A stretch of DNA of 64,000 nt from Cyanophora paradoxa CCMP329 (Eukaryota > Plantae > Glaucophyta): positions 310,001 through 374,000 of the forward strand of contig QPMI01000533.1 of NCBI GenBank assembly GCA_004431415.1, written 5' to 3'. Under the pieces are notes generated by a model, which did no database searches, was not told where the DNA came from, and saw nothing but the letters and a program-made list of their open reading frames with translations. A program made the position numbers and the translations under genes. Shown here in pieces: positions 41,991 through 55,200 of this stretch. Numbering within the stretch: the first letter of the stretch is position 1; each line of letters opens with the position of its first letter.

Positions 41991-42924
41991 CGCGCAGCGC
42001 ACCGGTGAGACCGCGCGGCCGCGGGAGCGCGCCCTGAGCGTGCCCCGAGCGTGCCGTCCCCGCGCCGCATGTCGCGGCGGCGAGCGATGGCAACGAGCGG
42101 CGGCGAGCGAGGCACGCGCAAGGCGCTGCGCATGCATGGCCAGCAAGGTCAGCTGCCCGCGCGCGGCTGTGGCGCGGTTGGCTGGGGCGCTGCGAGGGGG
42201 GCGCTGCCTACCGCGCAAAGCTGCTCTGCTTGATGCTGCTAGTCCACGCTGCAAAGATCGCAAAGAGGAGCGCGAAGAAGGGAGAGACCGTTGCAAAACA
42301 CGCGCTCTACGGGAGCTCTGCTGCCTCTCGAGAGCGTCGCGGCGCCCGGCGGCAGCTTGTAGTGACCGCAGCCGTTGCAAACTGGCCGGCATCACTCTAC
42401 CCCAAACGAGCCGCCAAGCGCCCACAGGAACCCACCCGCGGTGTGCAGCGAGTCATTATCGCCTGTCTGCTCGACGCCACCGACGCGTTTCTCGCGCAGG
42501 TTCGCTCTGCGGCTGCCCTGCGCAGAGTTGGGCGCGTGCCGCGAATTGAGAGCCCCGCTCCCGCATGGCGCTGGCAATGAACGCCCCTGCTCTCGTAGCG
42601 ATCGGCCCCCGCGGGACGCGCTGAGGGCGCCACGACCCGGCCGCACAGTCCTGTCCCGCGCGGGCCCAACGCTCGCCATGTGCTAACAGAGCGCGCAGCC
42701 ACAGAATGCCGACGCCGGGCTGCAGCGCGGGAGCTGCGGCGCGCGCCAGGGACGACAACGCGGGCGGGCGACGCGAGCTCGACGAGTCCGGGGGCCCGAC
42801 CGCCGCAGGGGCCGCCGCGCCGCCGCAGCCCTTTGCACCCGCGCCGTCCTCCCGCGCCGAGCGGCGCCGCCCGCCTTGACCGCCCCTCCCGCGCCTTGGC
42901 CTGACCGCGGCTCTCCGCGTGCAG

Positions 42925-43820
42925 CCCAAGAGAGCCGACAGCATCGCGCTGAAGGTCAAGGGCTTCGAAAAGGTGAGCCGCCTCCGCGGGCGGGCGCCGC
43001 GGCGCGCGCGCCCCGCGCCGAGCGCCGCGCAGGCGGAGTGGACGGAGCAGCGGACTGTGTCGGACGGAAAGAGCTCTCACACAGTCACGGACCACTACGA
43101 GGGAAAGCACGAGTTTTTCAGGGCACCCCGCCTCCTCCCTCACGCCAGCGCCGCGCGCTCTCTACCCCCTCCCCCACCCACGCCCGCGCCGGGTACAGGT
43201 CAAGATCCCTATGGCGACGTACCAGGTCGAGATCGCGCCCGGCCAGTGCCCGCTCCCCTTCTCCTTCCCCCTCCCCCCGGAACTCCCCTCCAGGCGCGCC
43301 GCGACGCCCGTACTCCTCCCTCCCCCGCCTTACCCCCCCCCCCTCCCCCCCTCCCCCCGCAGCTTCCACGAGGAGCGCGGGAGCTACAAGGCCCGCACCT
43401 GCTACAAGCTGAAGGCGCGCCCGGGCGCAGCCGTACGTATACCCCCCACACGCCCCGGTCCCGCCTGACCCGCTTCCCTGTACCCCGCAGGGCGTTGTGG
43501 AGGTACTAGGTCTGCTCAAGCCGAACATCAAGAACACGGCGCAGGTAATCGTTCGCCAGGTGCGCGTACCCCCTGCCCTTCCAGCAGCCAAGCCGCGCGT
43601 ACCCCCGCACGGTCTGCCTAACCGGCCTGGCAGCGATTCGCGCAGCCGATCACGCAACAGAAGAAGCAGCTCGAGACCGAGCTCCGCGTCTGCTGCTGCA
43701 TCGGCCGCGGCCGCGTCAAGGTCCGCGTACCCCCGCCCTGGTTCATTCTGTACCCCCTCAGCCAACCCGGTACCCCCGCAGGTGGAGACCTGGGTGGACA
43801 AGACGGCGTTTTTTTTCACT
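42925..43820 (+). pseudogene. Alpha-arrestin N-domain gene fragment (multi-exon)
   Basis: IALKVKGFEK|AEWTE..YEGKHEFF..PFSFPLPPELPS..F..A..CYKLK|GVVEV. No 5' start or C-domain was recognised. Confidence 0.65.
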
Positions 43821-45367
43821 GGGTGGTGGGCGTAGACAGGTTTAGAGCTGGGTGGACAAGACGGCGTACAGGCCCGGCGAGATTGCGCAGATCTTCTCAG
43901 GTCTTCAAAGGCACCCGTCCCCCTGACCGCCGCCGCCCCGGCTGCTGCCCGTCCCCGTCCCCGTCCCCCTGCTCGCCCGCCCCGGCTCGCCCGCCCCTAC
44001 CTCCGGCGCGTCGGGCGCCCCTCGCACCCCGGGCCCCGGCCCCGCCCCATCGTCCCCCGGGGACGCCCCCTTGGAGCAGCCCCCCGCCTCGCCCGCCCTT
44101 CCGGCCCCTGCACCGGAGCCCGCCGTACCCCCCGCCACCCCTCCGCCGGGACCGCCTTTGCTTCCCCCGCTACTTTCCGTTTCGGCCCCTTCGCCCCCGC
44201 CGGCCCCCGAGACGCTCGCGAACGGCACCGGTACCCCCCCACCCGCGGCCGCCGCTCCGCCGCCCCCGCGGGCCCGGCCCAGCCAGCCATCGCCTCGCAA
44301 CCCTTCCCCGTCCCCCGCCGCCGCCGCTCCCGGCCCCTCCGAGCCCAGCCGCACCTCACCCCTCCCCTTCTCCGCCGCGCGCCGCCCGCCCTCCACCGCC
44401 TTCGCGCCCAAGCGCTCTCCCGGACCCCCTTCCGAGCCATCCTCCCCGCACCCCGCGGCCATGTCCGCCCGCCCCCAGCGGATCGTGCCCGTACCCCTCC
44501 CCACGAAGCTCTCCGCCATCGGTCTCCTCCGCCGCCCCCGCACCGGTGCGGGCGGGGCGCCCCCGGACAATGTTCCGCGCCGCTCTGACGTACCCCGCAG
44601 ACTTCGAAGCGCTCGCGGACCTCGTCCGATCCGTCCCCGGTGTGCCGTACCCCCCGCGGGCCGCCGTACCCCGCGGCCGACGCCGCTCGGGCTCGCAGAC
44701 GCGTAGGGGCAGCGGCAGCTGCGGCGGGAGCTGGCGGAGCAGGCGCGGGCGCACAGGAAGCGGCGGTCCCTCGTGGACCGAATGGAGGGCCTCGCGGCGT
44801 CCTCGTGAGGCCCGGCGCCGCGGACGCCGCCGGGGGGGCCGCGTGGGCTAGACTATAGCTATAGGAGGCGGTGTAATTCAGAAGATCATGATCAGTAGCA
44901 GAGCTTCATCAAATATGAGAGAAAGTTGAAGGGTTGAACTGAAAAGTAATCACTCGGATAGGTCCGGCCATGCAGGCAGGAAGATGGTCATCGGATCGAT
45001 GCCGTAGATTCGAATTCCGCTTCAGGTAGGATGTAGAGAAGTTCTGCGCGTGCCGAGGCATCTCACAACAAGGAATGGGCCCCCGCGGGCGCCCCTGTAC
45101 CAGCGCGCCCCCGGGGCCCAGTACCAGCGCGCCCGCGCCCTCGCCGCCCCGCGCCCCCGCCCCCGCCACCCCTCCCCGGGCCCCCGCGGGGCGGGCGGCT
45201 GGGGCGGCGGGCGGGGCGGCGGGGGCGGCGCGCCCGAGCTTCCACCACCGGTCCCCGGGGCACGAGCGGGCCCAGGCCTAGGCCGCCCTCAACGGCTCCC
45301 TCGCCTCTTAAGCTTCCTCCGCCTCTGCCTCTGCCTCCGGACCCGTCTCGGCCTTGCAATTGCCTAA

Positions 45368-45406
<39 letters not shown>

Positions 45407-46284
45407 GCTTTTAGTCTCCGCTCCGCGGCCGCTTGCTAGCGGCCGCTAGACTTCTTTACGAACGACTAGATCTAGATTGTATTTTGCCAGGTTGCAATTT
45501 GATGCTTTCCTATGCGATTTTCTAGCTTTCACGCTGCTCACTTCGACTCGTCCCGACGGTCAATGTCTGAAGACGAATGAACGGACGCTGAGCATCGACT
45601 ATTGCGGGAAAATAAACCCTAACACGACTCTGAATCGGCTACGCAAACCATGCGCTAGCTATTCGAACGTGAAGTTGAAGCGACAAAATCGAATCTCGGA
45701 AGGACGATATCGATGCAGCTAATAGCGCCCCTGTTTTTGATGACTGGACCTAAAATTCGGTTCTACGTATACTTCGGAAAACTCTATTCGTAAAGGCGAT
45801 AAGACGATAACAGACTGAAGTCTTAAACACGGATTCTACTTCGGAGAACACGAAAACGGAGCTCGGGAGCGCGATGCAGCAGGCGGCGCCGGCGCCCGTC
45901 ACTCCAGACCGGCCCGAGCCGCTGAGCCGCCGCCTGAAGCTGGGCCGCCTGGCCCGAGCCACCGCCTGAAGCTGTTCCTCTGGCGCCGGACGGCTGGAGG
46001 GCCCGCCGAGAGCTTGCACGTATATACGACGTCGACTACCTGGATAAAACCGGTCTAAAGCTTGCGATTGTAGATGACTAACTGAGCTGATGCGGATGCA
46101 AGAGGTTGCTGATATAACTGCTGGAGATTGTTGATGCAAGAGCGCCGGCGGCCTATCGAACCGCCCGCGCCCCACCCCACCACTGGATATAACTGCTGGA
46201 GATTGCTGATGCGCATGCAAGAGAGCCGCCTTTCGAGCCGCCCGTGCCCCCGGCACTTGACGCAAGGAGCACCCACCGGCGCCC

Positions 46285-49200
46285 TCACGTGGAGCGGCCG
46301 AAGAGGCCGAAGAGGCCGCCGGCGCCCCCCGCTGCGCCCGCCCCGCCCCGCGTGAGGGGCGCCGGACAGGGTGCCGGGCCAGCGCGGGGCCGGCGGCGGG
46401 CCGCACCGGTACCGGCGTCGGGCTTGACGGCCGCGAGGATGGCGTCCAGCTTGGCCTCGAGCTTTGCCTGCTGCGCCTTCGTCTCCGCCTGCTGCGCCTC
46501 CAACTTGGCCTCCAGCTTGGCCTCGACCTTCTCCAGCTTGGCCGTGAGCTGCGGGAGCGTATGTGTTATTGCAGGGCGACAGAAGGAGCGGAGGGGCGGC
46601 CGCGGACCTTGGCATCGAGGCGCTCGACGTGGGCGCGGGGCGGCGCCTCGTCGTTCAGCTCCAGCGGCCCCGTGTGGGTCGGGTCCGGCTCCTCCCGAGA
46701 CTCGTCGTACCGCATCGGGCTGAGCTGCGGCTCCTTGCGGCCTTCCGAAGCGCTCTCGGCAGCGCCGTTCGCTTCTGGAGCGCTTGCTGCAGCGCCAACG
46801 CTGTTCGCTTCAACAGCAACGCCGTGCTGCTTGCTCTTGTCAGCGGCCATCTTTCCGTGCGCCTCGGTAGCCTTGCCCGCGGGCTTCCGCCGGTGCTTCT
46901 CGATGGACTCCGCCCACGCCTTGCGGATGCCGTGCTCGTAACTGATGAACCTGTCTCGGGACCAAAGATCAATCGATCTTTCATCCGACTCTGCATGTAC
47001 ACTGGAGGCTGGGCTGTGGGCATTGGTGGCAATCGAATCTGCTTCGGAAGTGGACCCTTGCCTCGCATCGGCGGCTGGGCCGGAGAACGCGCGAGCGAAG
47101 AGCCGCCCCAGGTCCGCGAGCGCCGCGAGGAGCAGCAGCGGCGGAAGCAGCACGATGCCCGAGGCGATGTTGACCGCGAAGGTGGCGAGGCGCGGAAAGA
47201 AGAAGCGAAGCAGCCACAGGAGGTTGAAGGGCGCTGCAACCTGCTGCTCCCGGCGGTGGTACCGCAGCAGCATCTGCAGGAGCCAATAACGATATGATAT
47301 TGCGAAATCAGCACAGCAAAGCAGAGGGCAGCACCTTCGTGCGGCCATAAGCGTATACAGTTTGCGCCTTCTCAAACGTTGCCGTGATAGTCGAGCTGCA
47401 CACGAGACGTGCTTCAGAACGTACAATCCGAGACAATATTAATAATATTAAGACGTTCAGAATGCACATAAGACGGTCTTAAGAGTACGAGACAATAATA
47501 ATAAAGAAGAGTGAGACATGCACGGACCTGAACAGACCGGTGAGGACGTTGAGCAGCAGCACAACGGTCAGGATCTGGTAGATGGAGAGAAGCGTGGAGC
47601 CTTGAGTGGGAATGAATGTGAGTCACCTGACGGGCACAACAACTGAAAGGAAACCGCGAACCGATGAACGGTACGCGGGCAGCGAAATCGTTCGAGTCGC
47701 TCTCGCCTAGCACAGCAAAATACAGCGTGCCGCTACGACACCGGCATTAAAGTTATATGATTCCGGGTATCCTGATTATTGGAAGATGCAGAAAGACGGA
47801 CGCCATCTCGCGAAGGCTGGAAGGACCCTCCGTGCCATCTGCATTGGAGGCCGCGTGGACGTTCAGAGACCAGGCCCAGAGGCCGATGCAGAAGCTGCCG
47901 AAGACGACGACAAGGACGAGCAGCACCGTGAGGACGTCTTTGGCCATCTGTCACAAACGTGAGACAGAATGTGAAACATAATTTGGAGCTGAAGGCGATG
48001 GTTGCAAGGTCACCTGCCCAAGCACGGTGAGCATTGGACCCAGGATCTCGCTGATGTATCCAAACTCGAGGATGCGCAGCCCAGCCAAGATGAAAACTGC
48101 GCGATAAGGTTGTAAAATTGAAAAGACTCAGTTCGGCCTCCGTGCGGATGCGCCAAGAATCGAAACGCACCCACGGCAAGAAATGGAATTGGGAGAGACC
48201 AGAAGCCGCCCTCGAGATGGAACGTCTGGGCACAGAATGCTACAGCTGATGCTGTTAACGTCGCGTGCAATCAAATTATGTCAGGATGTGACAACGCTGA
48301 CGAAACAGGCACGTTAACTAGCGTAAAGCGAGGTGGCCAAAGTTGCAGGGAAGTGGGCAAAAAGGATATAATCAAGATAAACCAGTCCATCAAATTGAAG
48401 ACATCAACGAAGTGCGCATAGGCGCCTCCGAAGGCACGCTCGTGCAAGAACTGAAACTTGGACAAATCCATGATCAGTATTCCGAACTAATTCGACCCCA
48501 GGATCTGGATCCGGGAAAGCACTTGCGAGATTTCGTAGATGAGCAAACCAAGAGACTGCAACGCGAGGGGCACCAGCAGCCACCCGCCGCCGCTGCAGAC
48601 CGCTGCTCGGAATGACTGACCATGAGACTGCTATTATAATTACATCAAGCGGAATACAATTTCAATGCACTCACCGGCTCCCAGAAAGAAGAGAAACGCC
48701 ATGTAGGCGCCGAGATCCATCGCAAAGCGTCCACGCCAGCCGCCAAGCGGGTTCGCTGGCGACTCGAACCACAGCTGCTCGGTCAAATTGACAGGCTTCG
48801 TCTCCTCAAGCTTGTCGGGCTTGTCCGTTTTCTTAAATTTGTGCCACGAGTGACGAAGCGCCTTCATGCACGCTGCGCAGAGGTTGCAATCTTCACATTC
48901 CTCGCACGTGAAGCGAGGGCCGACAATCGGCTCCTGTGGATTTATAGCCATGGATAGAAAAAGGGTTAAAAGGTTCATTGAAAGGCTGTAAAACATGGAT
49001 GAGTCTACATACCGCCCAGCAAGTTGTGCACTTCACTCCATTCCAGATCGCCAGCTCGCAATCCCTATTGTGAAGTTGAAGGACAGAGACTAGCGACGCA
49101 GGCAAGAGCGACGACAACGTTAGCGCTGCGCCGCTCTCCCAGATGCGGTCCACGTAGCGCTGCACGAAGCGGTGCGCCTGTGCGTATGTTTACATCTGTG

Positions 49201-52200
49201 CGCAGAATGAAATATCCGCCCCGTGTGTGCACACCACGAACTCGTGGAAGCCGAGGTCGAGGGCCACTTCGAGCGCAGACGGCGCACCGCCAAAAGGGCT
49301 CTCGAGACTCTGACAACACGATGATTAGCGCCCCAAATAGGCCATGGCAATTGGCGTTTATAATCTGGAAGATGCACCTTCACCGCGTCACGGATCGGCT
49401 CCCCCGAGCAAGAGATCCTTGACCAGAGCTGCTCGCGTGCTCAGTTCAGTTCCCGCGCGTTCAAAATGATTACGTGTCGTACCTTTGCTTGTACAAGCCA
49501 CGAGTCCAAAGGATCATGTTCCGTTCGATCTAAGCTTCTCTTAAGAGCGTCGGCGCTTGTGCATCTGAGTGTATGCGTAGTCGCATCTTGATCAATCGCG
49601 TTCTTTTCAACCATCAACCAAGACGCTGAGAATGAAATCAGGTGAACATCAAGTAGCGAGCTCGAGCAGAAACAATTACCCTCAAACAGCCCTTCAGGAC
49701 ATCTTCGCTGGAGGCGCTCGCCAAAAGCAGTCTCCATCCTGTCGAGTAGCTCGACGGCAATGCGCTGTAGATCCTTCATGCGGTCGCCGAGGAGCGCTTG
49801 CTGGTCCGCGTTTGCGCTTTCCTGCATTCGCAAACGTGCTTATATTAATTTTAAATTTGATTAATACGCGGCGCTCGCTGATCCTCGTTTTAATCTGCTC
49901 CTTCCTTGTTCGAAATTATCCTCTGCAGTAAACCTGTCTATAGCTGCATATAATAGCGGCGCGCACTTGAAAGAGCCGCGCAGTGTACAGTACAACGTTG
50001 AGCTTTCCAGCAGGAAAGCGGTCCACCAAGGCTCTGACGTCGAGCTCGAGGCCCATCACATCGACGAAATTCATGCATAGCTGAGACAGACAGTCTTTTG
50101 AGAATTGCACGGTCTTGCTGTTAAGAAACAGCTTCATAAGCGGTTTGCTCTTCGATCTCAGAGCATAGTCCAGCGGCGAGAGGCCTTCCTGGTCACGCGC
50201 TGCCCACAAAGCACCTCCAGCCCACTCGAGAATTAATCTAATTGATTGTAAGACACGAACAACAATCACAGGTGAAGATGCTTTATATGTCATGCTAACG
50301 CGCAGATCTGACTCACCGGGCCGATCCTTCCTGCCCCGTTGCGTTAGCGTAGTGCAATGCAGTGCGCCCCTTCTTGTCTTGGATGCTGATGTTGGCTTCA
50401 CTCTTCAGCAGCAATCTGCGCATGCAATGCACGTGCACATGACAGTTTAGCAAGAGCCAACGCTTATTCCGGAACTAAACGAGTACTGTTGCTCTCGTCC
50501 TCTGTTTCTCCGCCGGTTCCGAATTCGAAGTTCATCACTCTATAGTGCAGCTCTCGTATACGTATGTATTTATATATGTCTCTGTTGTTCTTCTTTATTT
50601 ATATTAATTAACTCTATAGTTATCTATCCAGTATAGTTATCAGTCTTGCAGGTCCCAACTTTATAGTTATCTATCCAGTATAGGTATCACTCTAAATGCA
50701 TTTAAATGCATGTTGGGGTCCAAGCGAAGCTCTCACGCACTGGGCTACCGCCTCGTGCCCGCTGACCGCGGCCAATTGCAGCGCAGTCGATCCGTCGTCT
50801 GCCTGAGCGTTGACGTCGGACCCGCGCCCCAGAAGCAGCCTGCGCACGCCCCGACATCACTTCAGAGCCTGCCAGCGGCTGCCATGCTTGGACTCAATCC
50901 AACCCTCCATTATCCGTGTATATTTCGAAGACTACATTAAAACCAATTCAGAGTTAGGTCTTGTGTATGTTATTTGTATATTTTTAAGGTCGATCTTGCA
51001 GAGTTAGTTGCGCACCGGACAATCGCCTCGTGCCCCATGTTCGCGGCCAGATGCAGCGCGGTCGATTCATTCTCGTTCCGAGCGTTGACATCGGCCCCGC
51101 GCTCCAGCAGCAGCCTGCGTACACGCTTTGAAGTCACTACTAAGGCATGCTGGCCACGGATCGCAGGGCATGCGCGGTGCAAGCCAGTAGTGGCCGCGGG
51201 AGTCAACAAGACCACCGTGCACCTGGCGATCGCCTCATGCCCTGCGGAAGCGGTGCTATGCAGCGCGGTCCGTCCGTCCTTGTCCCGAGCGTTGACGTCG
51301 GCCCCGTGCTCCAGAAGCAGCCTGCGTACGTATAGTGTCACTTGAAATTCATCGCACATATGCATTCTTCAAAGCGTCTGAATATGTATACGTAAATTGG
51401 GAATCTTCGCATCTATGCCAGATTCCCAATTTTTGATCGCTAATTGCGTGATTGTGGACAGCTGCTGCCCACCTTCCGCATCTAACCCGAAAACTTGAGC
51501 CGGATGACTGACCCAAACATTAAACGCTTCTAAATTAAATGTTTCATTCTGCGATATCGCCGGGCCACCAGCGCACGACGGGCCCTGGCAGTTTCAGCCC
51601 ACATCATCTCCCCGCATTGCTCTATCAAGACTCCATCCCTCTAATCGACCAGAACTCTCCCGGTGTCCTGGCCCGGCCCCTAGGCCTGCCCCACGCACCC
51701 GGCGGTCGCCTCGTGCCCATTTTCGGCAGCTACATACAATGCAGTCCTTCCATCCTTGTTCGGAATGTCGACGCTGGCCCCGAACTCCAGCAGCAGCCTG
51801 CGTGAGCACGCGCGCCGTCACTTGGGGCTCTTCACGTCCGATGCGCACTGTCGTTCAGGATCCGAGACCGCGGCCCCAGTAGGCACACTCTCGCGGCTCG
51901 AGCTCCCACGCTGCCCGCGGCCCCTGCGCACCGGGCGATGTCCTTGTACCCTTTATCGACGGCCCCATGCAGCGCAGTCGCTCCGTGCATGTTCAGAGCG
52001 TTGACGTCTGCCCCGCGCTCCAGCAGCAGCCTGCGCACCCGCCGTTACTCGAGCTCGCAGCTGACACGTGCGCATGCAGTCGCAGCACGCTTGAATGTAC
52101 TCCCACTGGATTTGACTTGCCGTGCCAGCAACCGAAGCTTATTAGCGATAGGCCTATCTTTACGCATAATTTTGCGTGCCAAGGCTTATCTGCATGAACT

Positions 52201-55200
52201 TTCAAATGCGAATTCTAATTTCAAGGCCATGGAATCCTGGCCGCCCGTTCTCAGCTTTGTTTCTTTGACTCTCGCGATCGATTAGATAGATTTTGTTTAA
52301 TTTAGTATTTAAATATAGAAGCTTCAGAACGAGTGACCTTGGCCGAGAAGGAACCCGCCCGCCCGCCCGCCCCCTCCCCTCCCCTCTTCCTCCCCCCCTC
52401 CCTCCCACCCCCCCCCCCCCCCCACCTCCCCCGCCCCCTCTCCCTTCCCTTCCCTTCCACGATGGAACACGGCTGGCGCCTGCTTTCGGCATTTCGCCGG
52501 GGCCGCGTTAAGGCTTCCCACTTGCCTCATCGAAACCCATGTAGGCCCAGCCGGAAGCCCCTGCTCTGTCCCACGCACCGGACAATCCCTTCGTTTCCCT
52601 CGATGGAAGCTTGCAGCAGCGCGGTCCATCCGGAGTCGCTCTGAGCGTTGATGTCGGCCCCGCGCTCCAGCAGCAGCCTGCACGCGCCCCGGCATCACTT
52701 TCGAGCCAACCACGTGCACACATCAAGGCTTGAATGCACTCCCATGTGCTTTACGCTTGCTTGCGATAGCTCTAGTCCTCGGACGGGAAATGCGGCTAGG
52801 GAAAGGGACTGGAGGCTGCAGCTAGGAGGTCGGCCCACGGAATGGACCCAGCCGGCTGGCCATGGTGGCGCCGAGTTAGAAGGCCGTCGAGCCAGCAGGC
52901 ACCGGAGCCCTCTGAAAAGGAGGGGGTTCTTCAGCTTAAGACTGACAGCTATAGGTCTGGTGTGCCCTGCCAGAATTCCCCGTATGCGTAATTGTACTTC
53001 CCCTCCTGGTGCCCCGCACGAAAGCCCCCCGCTCGTTTCACCGGCTCAGTGCGAGTTAGAACCGTCACGGCGTCTTGTGCCCCGCGCACCGCCCCACGCA
53101 CCTGGCGATCGCCTCATGCCCTCTGAAGGCAACAAAATGCAGCACAGTCCATCCGTCCTTGCAGCGAGCGTTGACGTCGGCCCCGTGCTCCAGCAGCAGC
53201 CTGCGTACGTACAGTGTCACTTGAGATTCACAGCGCATGCTTGAAAGCGTCTGAAGACTTAGCAGTTTTTGCTTCTTTCGTGCCCGCTAGCTATACATTG
53301 CGCTTTCGCGACTGAAGCTTGGCATCGAAATCCGATTCTCAATTCGTGATCGCTTATCGCATGGGTGCGGACAGCTGCGCATGCAGCCCATGGCCACCAT
53401 GCGCATCTAACCCAAAATCTTAATCTGGATGACAAACCCAAACATTCAACACTTCTAAATGATTCATTCTGCGATATCGCCGGGCCACCAGCGCACGACG
53501 GGCCCTGGCAGTTTCAGCCCACATCATCTCCCCGCATTGCTCTATCAAGACTCCATCCCTCTAATCGACCAGAACTCTCCCGGTGTCCTGGCCCGGCCCC
53601 TAGGCCTGCCCCACGCACCCGGCGGTCGCCTCGTGCCCATTTTCGGCAGCTACATACAATGCAGTCCTTCCATCCTTGTTCGGAATGTCGACGCTGGCCC
53701 CGAACTCCAGCAGCAGCCTGCGTGAGCACGCGCGCCGTCACTTGGGCTCTTCACGTCCGATGCGCACTGTCGTTCAGGATCCGAGACCGCGGCCCAGTAG
53801 GCACACTCTCGCGGCTCGAGCTCCCACGCTGCCCGCGGCCCCTGCGCACCGGGCGATGTCCTTGTACCCTTTATCGACGGCCCCATGCAGCGCAGTCGCT
53901 CCGTGCATGTTCAGAGCGTTGACGTCTGCCCCGCGCTCCAGCAGCAGCCTGCGCACCCGCCGTTACTCGAGCTCGCAGCTGACACGTGCGCATGCAGTCG
54001 CAGCACGCTTGAATGTACTCCCACTGGATTTGACTTGCCGTGCCAGCAACCGAAGCTTATTAGCGATAGGCCTATCTTTACGCATAATTTTGCGTGCCAA
54101 GGCTTATCTGCATGAACTTTCAAATGCGAATTCTAATTTCAAGGCCATGGAATCCTGGCCGCCCGTTCTCAGCTTTGTTTCTTTGACTCTCGCGATCGAT
54201 TAGATAGATTTTGTTTAATTTAGTATTTAAATATAGAAGCTTCAGAACGAGTGACCTTGGCCGAGAAGGAACCCGCCCGCCCGCCCGCCCCCTCCCCCTC
54301 CCCTCTTCCTCCCCCCTCCCTCCCACCCCCCCCCCCCCCACCTCCCCCCGCCCCCCTCTCCCTTCCCTTCCCTTCCACGATGGAACACGGCTGGCGCCTG
54401 CTTTCGGCATTTCGCCGGGGCCGCGTTAAGGCTTCCCACTTGCCTCATCGAAACCCATGTAGGCCCAGCCGGAAGCCCCTGCTCTGTCCCCACGCACCGG
54501 ACAATCCCTTCGTTTCCCTCGATGGAAGCTTGCAGCAGCGCGGTCCATCCGGAGTCGCTCTGAGCGTTGATGTCGGCCCCGCGCTCCAGCAGCAGCCTGC
54601 ACGCGCCCCGGCATCACTTTCGAGCCAACCACGTGCACACATCAAGGCTTGAATGCACTCCCATGTGCTTTACGCTTGCTTGCGATAGCTCTAGTCCTCG
54701 GACGGGAAATGCGGCTAGGGAAAGGGACTGGAGGCTGCAGCTAGGAGGTCGGCCCACGGAATGGACCCAGCCGGCTGGCCATGGTGGCGCCGACTTAGAA
54801 GGCCGTCGAGCCAGCAGGCACCGGAGCCCTCTGAAAAGGAGGGGGTTCTTCAGCTTAAGACTGACAGCTATAGGTCTGGTGTGCCCTGCCAGAATTCCCC
54901 GTATGCGTAATTGTACTTCCCCTCCTGGTGCCCCGCACGAAAGCCCCCCGCTCGTTTCACCGGCTCAGTGCGAGTTAGAACCGTCACGGCGTCTTGTGCC
55001 CCGCGCACCGCCCCACGCACCTGGCGATCGCCTCATGCCCTCTGAAGGCAACAAAATGCAGCACAGTCCATCCGTCCTTGCAGCGAGCGTTGACGTCGGC
55101 CCCGTGCTCCAGCAGCAGCCTGCGTACGTACAGTGTCACTTGAGATTCACAGCGCATGCTTGAAAGCGTCTGAAGACTTAGCAGTTTTTGCTTCTTTCGT

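Noticed and set aside
37247-45400. Many long Pro/Arg/Gly-rich ORFs, also at 60400-64000
   Set aside because: Artefacts of very high GC and short introns; better explained by spliced NPHP4 and arrestin exons.
45367-45405. Long poly-C/poly-G runs (also ~30920, ~35745, ~58330-58410)
   Set aside because: Simple homopolymers of unreliable length, with no supportable function.
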